Source of the DNA: Mycoplasma mycoides subsp. capri
GTDB lineage: Bacteria; Bacillota_I; Bacilli_A; Mycoplasmatales; Mycoplasmataceae
Direction of reading: 5' to 3'
Assembly: GCF_018389705.1 (NCBI RefSeq)
Contig: NZ_CP065581.1
Location: 180,001 to 212,000 of the forward strand
DNA length: 32,000 nucleotides
Shown: one piece after another, positions 9,001 to 19,827 of the stretch
How the letters are laid out: each line of letters starts with the position of its first letter
How positions within the stretch are numbered: the stretch's first letter is position 1
Translations under genes and position numbers: made by a program
Notes under the pieces: model-generated
What the model saw: the letters and a program-made list of their open reading frames with translations, nothing else
What the model was told of the DNA's origin: nothing
Databases searched by the model: none

Positions 9001-11667
9001 ATGTCATGAAACATATATGTTGTTTGTCACACACATTGAGATAAAGAATGATATTTTACAAAACAAGATAGTGATGTATTATTATGTTCAAATTTAAATC
9101 AAATAACTAAAATATTAAGTTCAAATGATGAATATAAATCATTTACTTATGATGGTCAAGTTTCAATTATTGATGATTATTTAACATATTATCCAGAAAA
9201 TGAAGCACAAATTAAAAAACTGTGTGAACAAAAAAAGCTTATAGTTGGACCATGATATACACAACCAGATTTTTTTAACACAACTTCTGAATCAATAATT
9301 AGAAATTTATTAATTGGTATTAATTTATCTAAAAAATACAATGCAGATTATTTAAAAACAGCTTATGTACCTGATTCTTTTGGGCATAATAACCAAATGC
9401 CTCAAATTTATAAAAGCTTTAATTTAAATAATTTTATTTATTGAAGAGGTATAAAAAATAGTCAATTAAAAAAAGCTGGTACTTTACATTATTGACAAGG
9501 AATAGATAAAACTAAAATCACCTCTTATAACTTTTATTATGGTTATTGAGTACTTGGTTCAAAATTTGCTTATACTAAATTAACAAAAGATAATTTAAAA
9601 AAAGAAGCTATAGAGTTTTTAAAAAATATTACTCCAATCTTAAATCAATTAAAAAAAGTAACCAAAAATTCAAATAATAATTTATTATTACCACTTGGTG
9701 GAGACCAAGCTCCAATTGTAGAACTAACTCCAGAATTTTTTAAACAAGTTAACAAATTATCTAATGATAATTGAATATTAACTGATTATGACGCTTATTT
9801 TAAAAATATAGATAATAGCAATTTAAAAACTATAAAAGGCGAATTAAAATCACCATCTAAAGCAAGAATTCATAAAACAATAGCTTCACAAAGATATGAT
9901 ATTAAACAATTATTAAAAACAGTTGAACATAATTTATATAACGTTTTAGAACCACTAGCTATATATTACAAATATTTAACTAATAAATACGAAAAACAAA
10001 TCATTAATAATGCATTAAAACTAATTTTAACTAGTCAAGCTCATGATTCAATAGGGTGTTGTAATTCAGATGAAACTAATTTAAATATTTATAATAGATT
10101 ATTACAAGCTAATTATTTAATTGAATCTCAAATTACTAAACTTATTAAAAATTTATCTTTAAATATTAATTTAAAAGAAAATCAAGTTTTAGTATTTAAC
10201 TCTAATTCATTTTATAAAAACAATATTTTTAAAGAACTAAATATTTTTACTTCATTTAATAATTTTAAAATTTATCATAATAAAAAAGCTGTTGATTTTA
10301 TTTTATTAGATCAACAATATCATGATGATGGAATGATTGTTAATTTAGAAAAACAAGGAGAAATAAGTAGTAAAACTAAAGGCTTTTATAGTTCAAAAAT
10401 TATCATTAATAATTTAAAAATAGACCCTTTCAAATTTGAAATTTTAGATATAGTTCAATCTGATAAAAAACCAACAAATTCTAGTTTCAATAATATAAAA
10501 ACTAATAGATTTGATATATGAATTAATGATGATAATACTATTACTTATTTAGATAAAATCACTAATAAAAAATACCATAATCAATTTATGATTTATGCTC
10601 AACATGATTTTGGTGATTCTTATGATTATTCACCATTAACTGAAACAAATCAAATAATTTCAAAACTAATAGATATAAAAATTGATAAAGTAGAATACAG
10701 TTCTAATAACAATGTTTTAATTCAATTAAAAAATACTTATCAAATACCATATGATACAACAAAAACAAAATATATAAGTCAAGAATTTGATATTAGTTTA
10801 TTATTTACAAATGATCCAATTATTAAAATAAAAATTAATACTTTAAATAAGGCAACACAAATAAGATGAAGAATAATTTCAAATTGTGATCAAATAAATA
10901 ATTATTCTTATGCTGATCAATGCTATTGTGAAATAAAAAGACCAGTAGAACTAACTAAAGACTTATTAGTTTGAAAAAAAGAAAATTGAGTAGAAAAACC
11001 TGTTGGAATTGAAACTAATGAAAGTTATGTTTATTTAAAATCTAATAGATCAAAAACAGGATTTGTTACACTTGGTACTAATGAGTATGAAATTATTAAT
11101 AAAAAAGAAATTCATTTAACTTTATTTAGAAGTATTGATGTATTAGGAAGAAATAATTTATTATGAAGACCAAATAGAGCTAGTGGTACTAGTGAGTTTA
11201 GTATAAAAACTGATGATGCTAGATTATTGTATAAAAATCTTGAATTTAATTTATATTGATTTGATATAAATAGTTCTACTAATATAGCTCAATTAGCAAA
11301 TAATTTAATAACTCCAGTTTGTTATTATCAAAATCAAAGATTTAATAATTTAAAAAAACGTTTTGACAGATTTTTATTTATAAATGACAAAATAGATACT
11401 AATAAAATACCAATTTATTCACTTATTAAAAACTTAAATAAAAATATCATTATTAAAACAATAAAACTTGCTGAAAATGATGATTTTGTTATCATTAGAT
11501 GTTTTAACAATTCAAAAACAAACCAACAATTTAGTTTATTAATAAATAATCAATTAGTAAGTTTTAATAAGTTAAATATGTTAGAAGAAATAAAAAATAA
11601 AGATCTTAAAACTGATTGATTAAGACCATATGAAATAGGTACTTATTCATTAAAATTATTTAAATAA
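9001..11667 (+). CDS. Glycoside hydrolase family 38 alpha-mannosidase (MngB-like), 888 aa
   Basis: N-terminal VVCHTHWDKEWYF, then GPWYTQPD, VPDSFGH, GGDQAP and SQAHDSIGCC, which are canonical GH38 blocks. I translated 9001-10350 by hand and found no TAA/TAG. Confidence 0.9.
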
Positions 11668-11675
11668 AGGAAGAT

Positions 11676-12134
11676 ATGAATAAAGAAATATTTAATATAA
11701 ATCATGTTTTTATAGATGTTATAGCTAATTCTAAAAAACAAGCTTTTGAAATTATTGCTTTAAAATTTCATCTACTAGGTTTTACAACAGATAAAAACAA
11801 AGCTCTTAAAGGTTTAAAAAAAAGAGAAAAAGAAGGTTCAACAGGATTTAATGATGGAATTGCTATTCCTCATGCAAAAATTAAAGAAATCACAAAACCT
11901 GGAGTATTTGTTTTTAAATTTAAAAATGGTGTTGAATGAGATTCTATTGATAATAGTTTAGTTACAATCGCTATTGCTTTAGCTATTCCAGAAAATGATA
12001 GTGCAAATGATCATTTAAAAATTTTAAGTAGTATTGCTAGAAAATTAGTTGATGATGATTTTAGAAAAGACTTAAATAAAGCTAATAATGTTGATCAGTT
12101 ATATCAATTAATTAGTAAAGTTGAGATTATTTAG
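11676..12134 (+). CDS. PTS EIIA component (fructose/mannitol type 2), 152 aa
   Basis: Active-site His motif GFNDGIAIPHAKI. Resembles the IIA domain of fruA in this window (AIGDGIAIPHTL). Confidence 0.9.
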
Positions 12135-12135
12135 T

Positions 12136-13014
12136 ATGGTATTAGTTTTTGATGTTGGTGGAATGTCTACTAAAATTGCTTTAATTGATAGTAAAACAGA
12201 TCAAATTATAATAAAAGATCAAATAATTTATTCTAATTTTATAAATGGTCAATCTTTATTATTTGAAATTAAAAAAAAGATTAATCAATTTAAAAATAAT
12301 GATCTAAAAGCAATTTGTATTTCTAGTTGTGGAATTATTAATTCAATTAGTGGAGAAATTTCAGGTTCTTCAGCTATTAAAGATTATTATTTAATAAACT
12401 ATAAAAAAGATTTAAAAGAATTTAATATACCAATTTTTATTGAAAATGATGCTAATTGTGCTGCTATTTGTGAATCTGAAATAGGAGTTGTTAAAAATAA
12501 TAAAAACGCTGTTTTTTTAGTAATTGGAACTGGAATTGGTGGAGCAATTATTATAAATAAAATGCTATATAAAGGAAGTAATTTATTTGCTGGAGAATTT
12601 GGATGTAGTTTAGCTAAGATTCAAAATAATCAATATATTAATGCTTCAGAAAGTTATTCAGCAAAAGCTATTGAAACTAACTATTTTACTTTAACAAATA
12701 AAAAAATAACAGCTAAAGAAATTTTTAATAAATATAAAGAAGATAAAGTTGCTAGAAAAGTTATAAATAAAACAATTAATGGTCTTTGTAAACTAATGAT
12801 TAACATCACAACTATTATTGATCCAGAAGTGTTTGTAATTGGTGGAGCTATTAGTCAAAATCAATTATTTATCAACTTATTAAATAAAAAGTTTAAAAAA
12901 TATTTGATTATGTCTAATATTAATTTAAATATAAAGATTAAACCAGCAATGTTTTTTAATGATGCTAATATTTATGGAGCTTATCTTTTATATAAAAAGG
13001 ATTTATATGTTTAA
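12136..13014 (+). CDS. ROK-family sugar kinase, 292 aa
   Basis: N-terminal LVFDVGGMSTKIALID (DxGGT-type ATP site) and ROK block GTGIGGAIIINKMLYKGSNLFAGEFG. ATG 12136 lies 1 nt after the IIA stop. Confidence 0.8.
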   Translation: MVLVFDVGGMSTKIALIDSKTDQIIIKDQIIYSNFINGQSLLFEIKKKINQFKNNDLKAICISSCGIINSISGEISGSSAIKDYYLINYKKDLKEFNIPIFIENDANCAAICESEIGVVKNNKNAVFLVIGTGIGGAIIINKMLYKGSNLFAGEFGCSLAKIQNNQYINASESYSAKAIETNYFTLTNKKITAKEIFNKYKEDKVARKVINKTINGLCKLMINITTIIDPEVFVIGGAISQNQLFINLLNKKFKKYLIMSNINLNIKIKPAMFFNDANIYGAYLLYKKDLYV

Positions 13015-14395
13015 ATTTAAAAAAGATTTTTGGTGAGGTGCTGCTAGTTCTGGGTGTCAGACTGAATCAGATAAAGATAAACCAAATTTAAATATTATGG
13101 ATTATTGATACAAACAAACACCAACAGATTTTTATGATAATAAAGGACCTAATATTACTTGTGATACTTATTCTAACTATAAAACTGATGTTAAATTAAT
13201 GAGTGAAATTGGATTAAATAGTTTTAGAACTTCTATTCAATGAACAAGATTAATAAAAAATTTATATACAGGTGAAGTTGATTTAAAACAAGTAGAGTTT
13301 TATAGAAATTATTTTTTAGAAATTAAAAGAAATAATATTAAATTAATTGTTAATTTATTTCATTTTGATACACCTATTGAATTAGAAAATATTGGTGGTT
13401 GAACTAATAAAAAAACAGTAGAATTATATTTTTTATATGCTAAACAATGTTTTAAATATTTTAGTGATTTAGTTGATTATTGAACAACATTTAATGAACC
13501 TGTAGTTTTAGTAGATGGATGTTATTTAAATAAGTGATATTATCCAAAAATTAGTAACTTAAAATTAGCAGTTCAAGCAGCATACAACACAATACTTGCT
13601 CATTGTAAAGTAGCTAATTATTTTCACTCTTATTTTAAAAATGATCAAAATAAAAAAATATCAATAATATTAAACCTTACTCCAACAATACCAAAAAACA
13701 GTGAATTAAAACATTTAAAAGCAGCAAAAATTAGAGATGAATTACTTAATAAATCTTTTTTAAATGCAGTTATAAAAGGACAATTTAGTACTTTTTTAAT
13801 CAAATTTTTAAATGAAAATAATCTAATGCCTGAATATGATCAATCAGAATTAAATGAAATTAAAAAAACAAGAATTGATTTTTTAGCTGTGAATTATTAT
13901 CAACCAGCAAGAGTACAAGCACCAAACAATAATTTAAATAACTCAAATGATTTAAAACTAGAAAATTGATTTGAAGTATATGTTGATAAAAAAAGTAGAA
14001 TTAATCCTTATAGAGGTTGAGAAATTCACCCACAAACACTATATGATATAGCTATAGATATTAAAAATAATTATGATAATATACCTTGAATAGTTTCAGA
14101 AAATGGAATTGGTGTGAGTGATGAAAATAGGTTTTTAAACAAACAAGGTTATATTGATGATCAATATCGTATAGATTTTATAAAAGAACATTTAATTTAT
14201 TTATATAAAGCAATAGAACAAGGTTCAAATTGTTTTGGTTATCATATGTGAACATTAATTGATAATTGAAGCTGAGCTAATGGTTTTAAAAATAGGTATG
14301 GATTTATAAGTTTAGATACAAAAACATTAAAAAGAAGAATTAAAAAATCAGGTTATTGAATTAAACAAGTAATTAAAGATCAAGGATTTGAATAA
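13007..14395 (+). CDS. Glycoside hydrolase family 1 (likely 6-phospho-beta-glycosidase), 462 aa
   Basis: FWWGAASSGCQTE N-terminal block, acid/base TFNEP, nucleophile VSENGIG, and C-terminal DNWSWANGFKNRYG resembling the phosphate-binding S..K.Y region of phospho-beta-glycosidases. Overlaps the ROK stop by 8 nt. Confidence 0.88.
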
Positions 14396-14396
14396 T

Positions 14397-15482
14397 ATGG
14401 AAAAAAAGAAATTAGGAATTAGTGTTTATTGTAAAAAAGCAAATTTTGAACAAATTATTGAGTATTTAAAACTAGCTAGAAGCTATAATTTTGAAATATT
14501 ATTTATAAGTTTTGTACATTTATTAAAAACAGATTATTTTAAAAATATTGATGTTATTAAAAAAGCAAAAGAGTTAAATTATTATGTTATAGCAGATTTT
14601 GATCAAACTAGTTTAAATAATTTAACTAAATCTAATGATCTAAAAACCATAAAAGAAATTGGAATAGATTGCATTAGATTTGATCAACAAATTGATGCTC
14701 AAAGTTTAGCTAATTTAACTTATAATCCGTATGAAATTGATGTTCAATTAAATATTAGTAATAGCTTTAATTTTTTAGATAATGTTTTAGATTTTAAACC
14801 TATTTTAACTAGATTAAGTGGCAGTCATAATTTTTATTTACTAAAAGATTCAGCACTAGATATAGACTTTTTTAATAAAACAACTGATAAATTTATAAGA
14901 AAAAATTTAAATACTTCAGCTTTTATATCAAGTCAAATAGCAAATATTACTTTAGCAGATAATTACACTAAAGCAGTAAGTTTAGAGTTTTTTAGAAACA
15001 TAGATACAATCAGTCAAGCTAAATACTTATTTTATTCAAATAAAATTAATAATGTTATTATTGCAAATATGTTTGCTAGTAAAAAAGAACTAGAACAATT
15101 ATCACTACTTAATAAAGATCATTTAACTTTAAGAATAAATAATTTACAAAAAATATCAAAAACAGAAAAAGAAATTTTATTGTGAAACAATCACTTTAGA
15201 AGAAGTGATATTAATACTAGTTATATAAGATCAACATTTTCAAGAACTATTTGAAATTCATTTGATATAAAACCAAATAATATTAAACAAGTATTTAATA
15301 AAGGTGATATTGTAATTTTAAATAATAATGCTAATAGGTATAAAGGTGAATTACATATTATATTAAAAGATAATTATATTGATAATAACAATTTATATAA
15401 CTACATAGCATCAGTTTATCCTGATGAATTATATTTATTAGATTTTATTGATTCTAATAGTCATTTTAAAATATCATTGTAG
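14397..15482 (+). CDS. DUF871 / MupG-like 6-phospho-glycosidase family protein, 361 aa
   Basis: N-terminal KLGISVY...FEILFISFVH...IADFD...GIDCIRFD pattern resembles the MupG TIM-barrel half. The C-terminal KGDIVILNNNANRYKGELHIILKD matches the family's small beta-barrel half. ATG lies 1 nt after the GH1 stop. Confidence 0.7.
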
Positions 15483-15505
15483 TTTAAATAAAGATAATGT
15501 AATTA

Positions 15506-15534
15506 AAAAGAGAGATTTTAAATCTCTCTTTTAT
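15506..15534. terminator. Hairpin terminator closing the sugar operon (A-run/T-run flanked, potentially bidirectional)
   Basis: aagagagatt (15508-15517) pairs with aatctctctt (15521-15530), with aaaa upstream and tttt downstream. Confidence 0.75.
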
Positions 15535-15768
15535 TTATTAAAAATTTGATTTATTATTTTTTATTATTTTTGCTTAGTTTCCAATGTATATATTTTTATT
15601 TTTGTTTGACTATTAAACAATAAACAAGAAATAAAAAACATTAATAAAAAAAGAATTTTAGATTTTTAATGGCAAACCTATTATTCCTAACAATACTTAT
15701 AAATAATAACTAGTATTAATCAACTTTAAGTATTTTAAAAGTATCTAGGAACTTTAAAAATTCATAGT

Positions 15769-16341
15769 TTATTTAATATCTATTTTAAAACCTTCATACT
15801 CATAAGATTTAATAATACTTTTAATATATACAGTTCTATCATTAATTTTATTTGTTAAGTTGTTTTTAATTAGTAATTTAAGATTAGTTGAATCAATTAA
15901 AGAATTAATCATTGCTAATAAGTAATCATCTTTATTTATATTAGTTCAATTAACAACTACATTTAGTTGTTTTTTTAATATTAAATCTAATCAAATTCTC
16001 ATAGATCTGCCATTACCTTCTCTAAATGGATGACAAATATTCATTTCAACATATTTATCTATTATTTGATCAAATGTATCTTGTTTCATATTATCAACAA
16101 GTTCTAAGTTTTGTTTTAAATATCTTGCTAAACAGAACATAGCATTATTTTTAGATATATTTACATTTCTAATTTGTCCATTAAAGTCAAATACATCTTT
16201 AAAAACATAAGAATGTATTTGGCTTAAACCTTTAAAAGTACCTATTTCAAATGTATTTAATAAATTCTTATCTCATAACTCTAATAAGTGTTTAACAGAT
16301 AAATTAATCTCAAATTCTTCTTCTATAAAATTAGCTTTCAT
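15769..16341 (-). CDS. fic: Class III Fic-domain AMP-transferase (NmFic-like), 190 aa
   Basis: Reverse-strand translation gives the Fic motif [12 protein letters not shown] within [29 protein letters not shown]. The C-terminus has SYEYEG, matching the autoinhibitory (S/T)xxxE(G/N) helix. At about 190 aa with C-terminal placement, this fits class III. Confidence 0.9.
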
Positions 16342-16710
16342 ATATTTACTATTATTATTAACGTATTTATTTATGAATTAATTATATATTTTATTAAGTT
16401 TATAAAAAGTTAAATATTAATAAAAAATCTTATTAAATTAAGTCTAAAAACCATTTTTATTTTAAATTATAAAAAAACACAAAAAGTGTAGTAAATACAG
16501 GGTTTATTTAAAAAACCAGGTATTTTTAGCTTATTTAGAGAATTTTTTTTAAATTTCGTCAAAAATAGTATATACAAAAGAGAATAATTGCTTTATAATA
16601 TATTGTTTTTTTTAAAAATAGTGCCAAAACCCCTTTTCTAATTTATAAATAAAATAAAATTAAATAGAATACAAATTATTTGAAAGTAAAACATGAAAAA
16701 GGATGGTTAT

Positions 16711-19700
16711 ATGAAAAAACTATTGGCCTTACTTGCAGTTACAAGTATTCTAACATCATCTGGATTGACTTATGTAATACATGAAAACGTTACTAGAAAA
16801 TCTAACAGAGTTGATGAAAGAAAGACTTTTGAACAAGAATTAAAAGATCTTTCTATAAAATTAGATAATTACAAAAAAAACTTATATTCAACTGATAAGA
16901 AATTTAAAAACTTAACAGCTGAAGATATTTTAAATAACGGAACTATTAGATCATTAGAAAAGGATTTAGCTTATATTAATAAACAAATTGAAGCTAATAA
17001 TAATGAAATTACAGCCAAAAATGATCAAATTAAAAAATTAACTGAAGATATTAAAACAGCACAAGACACAATCAAAAAATTAGAAAAAGAAAATCCAACT
17101 AATAAAACTAAGATTGAAGAATTAAAAAATTCTAAAAAAGAATGAGAAACAAAAGCATTTAATAGTAAAAAAGAACTAGAAAAAAAACAAAAAGAAGTTA
17201 GTGAATTAAAATCTCAACTAGAAAATGTTCAAGCTCAAAAACTTTCAATTGAAAAAACAATTAAGAATATTTCAAAAAACCTTAATTCATTAGATAAAAA
17301 ATCAAAAGAAGAACAAGATCAAATTCAAAAACTTCAAAAAGATATTGATAGTTTATCTAAAATAATTAAGAAAAAAGAAGAAGAACTTGAACCTGTTATA
17401 AAAGTAAAAGATGAATTTAAAAGAGAAATTTTAAGACTATCTAGTGAAAAAAGTGCTATTGATTCACAATTAAATAAATTAAATGCAAATCAACAAAAAT
17501 CTACTGAACTTAAAAATAAAGTTGAAGCTTTAAAAAAACAAAACAAAGAGTTGGAAAGCCAAATTAATAAACTTTCAGAAAGTAAAAAAAATTTAGAAGA
17601 AAGACGTCAAATATTAGAACTTGATGCCCAACGTGCTGTTAAACATTTAGTTGATAAAATTAAAGAATTATATGATCTAATTGATAAAACAAATAAAGAA
17701 ATTAATAAATTAAACAAAGAATCAGATGATTTAAAACAAGAACTTATCCAATTGAATACTAATAAAAAGTATTTAGAAATGCAAAAAAATAAAATAACCG
17801 GACCTTTAGAAGAAAAAATTAAAAAAGAAAAAGAATTACAAGAAAAATTAAAAGATATTAAAGATACACTTTCTAAATTAGACCTTAAAAAAGAAAAACT
17901 TAAAAATCTAGAAAAAGAATTAAAAGAAAAAGAAACTGATATTGATAATTTAAACAAAGAAGATAAAAAAATACAAGAAGAAATTAAAAAAATAACTGAA
18001 GAAGTATCTAAAGAACAAAAGACTTTACTTTCTAAAAAATCTAAAGTAGATGAACTAAAAAAACAAATTGATAAAAAAGATGCAGAACTTGAACAAATTA
18101 AAAAGGATATTTCTTCAAAAGCTAATGAAATAGAAGGATTAAATTCTCAAATCAAAAATCTTGAAAAAAATAAAACAGAAAAAGAATCAAGATTAGCTGA
18201 GCTTGAAAGAGAACACAAAGAAAGTGATAAACAATTAGAAGCTGAAGTAACCAATTTAAATAAAGCTATAGTTTCAGCTAATAATGAAAAACAAGATAAA
18301 GAAAACCAAAAAACTGTTTTTGAATCTAAATTAGAAAAAATTAAAAAAGAAGTTGCGGTTGAAAAAGAAAAGAAAAATAAATTAGAAATTGAAATCGAAA
18401 AAGAAAATAGCAATATTAAAGAAAAAGAAAAATTAATATTAGAGCAAGATTCTAAACTAAAAGAAAACAAAAAGCAAAATGAAACTCTTAAGAATGAAAT
18501 TTCTAAAACCAAAGAAGATATTAAAGAAGCTGAAAGAATAGTATCTGAAGCCCCAAGAAGAAAAGATGAGCTTCAAGAAGCAGATGTTACAATACATAAA
18601 GTTTTAGAAGAGCAAAATAGAGAAAAAGAAACTTTAAAAAATAAAATAATTGAAAAAAATAAGCAGATAGATGAGGTAAAAGAAAATATTAGAAAAGTTG
18701 AAAGAGACAAAGAATCTATAGAGAAAAAGAAAATTGCTAGAAATAGAAGAGTACGTTCATTAGAAAAAGAAATTCAATCTGGTAAAAACGAATACAAAAA
18801 AATTTGAGAAGATTTCTACAACAAAAATAGAAATACAATTTTAAATTACGACAAAGAAGAATATGAAATTGGTAATGAATATTTTGAATTACTAAGAAAA
18901 TATAACGAAAATAATGATTTAGTATCTGAAATAACTCAACGAACTGGTGATATTGGATTAGAAATTGCAGTTTATACAAAAGAAAAAACTAAATTAGAAG
19001 AAAAGATAGCTTCTATTTCTAAAAAAATTAGTGAAGTTAAAATTTTAAAAAATACTTTAGATCAAGAAGCTTTAAGTATAGATAAAGAAAATAAAGATCA
19101 ATTAGAACTTAAAAATGTATTAGAAAAACAAAAAGAAGAGTTAATTGCCAAGATAAATAAAGATCAAGTTGAACGTTCAGAAAAAAGTAAATTATTAGAA
19201 AGAAAAAGACGTGCATTAATAGAAGTTGATAAATCTGCAGAATCTATGCTAAGACAAATTGCTAGTGTTGAACAAGAAGTAGCAAGAGCTAACGATGAAG
19301 TAGAAAAAGCTAAACGTGCATCTCTTAACTCTGATGAACAACTAAAAAAAGCAGAACAAATAAATACTGAGCTTGAAAGTAAATTAAAACTAGAAAAAGA
19401 TAAAAAAGCTTCAAATCAAAAAATAAAAGAAGAATATGAAAGAGAAAAACTTCAACTAGAAAAAGAATTAGATGAAAAAACCCAACAAAAAAATGCAATT
19501 AAATCTAAATTAGAAGAAGCGCAGGCTGAAAACAAAAAGATTTTAGAATCTATTACTAAACAAAATGAAGTTTTTGAAGCTCTTCAAAAACAATATAACG
19601 AACTAAAAGAAGAATTTACTGGATTTAATATATTTAAAGAAGAAGATATCAAAGAATTTATTACTAAAATAAATAGTTTTAAAACCAATTTAGATAACGA

Positions 19701-19797
19701 ATACATTAATAAAGCCAAAGATTTTGCAGATCAACTAGCTAAATATAGAGATAAGTTATATGAAATCAAAAAAGAAATAGAAAAATTAAATGCTTAA
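16711..19797 (+). CDS. Membrane-anchored K/E-rich coiled-coil protein A, 1028 aa
   Basis: AAGGAT RBS before ATG 16711. N-terminus MKKLLALLAVTSILTSSGLTYV is a signal-anchor with no Cys lipobox. The remainder is heptad-like and K/E/L/N/I-rich. I translated the gaps 17143-17551 and 18805-19246 by hand: only two TGA (Trp) codons and no TAA/TAG. Confidence 0.85.
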
Positions 19798-19827
19798 TTT
19801 AATAAACAATAATAAGGAGAAAATATT

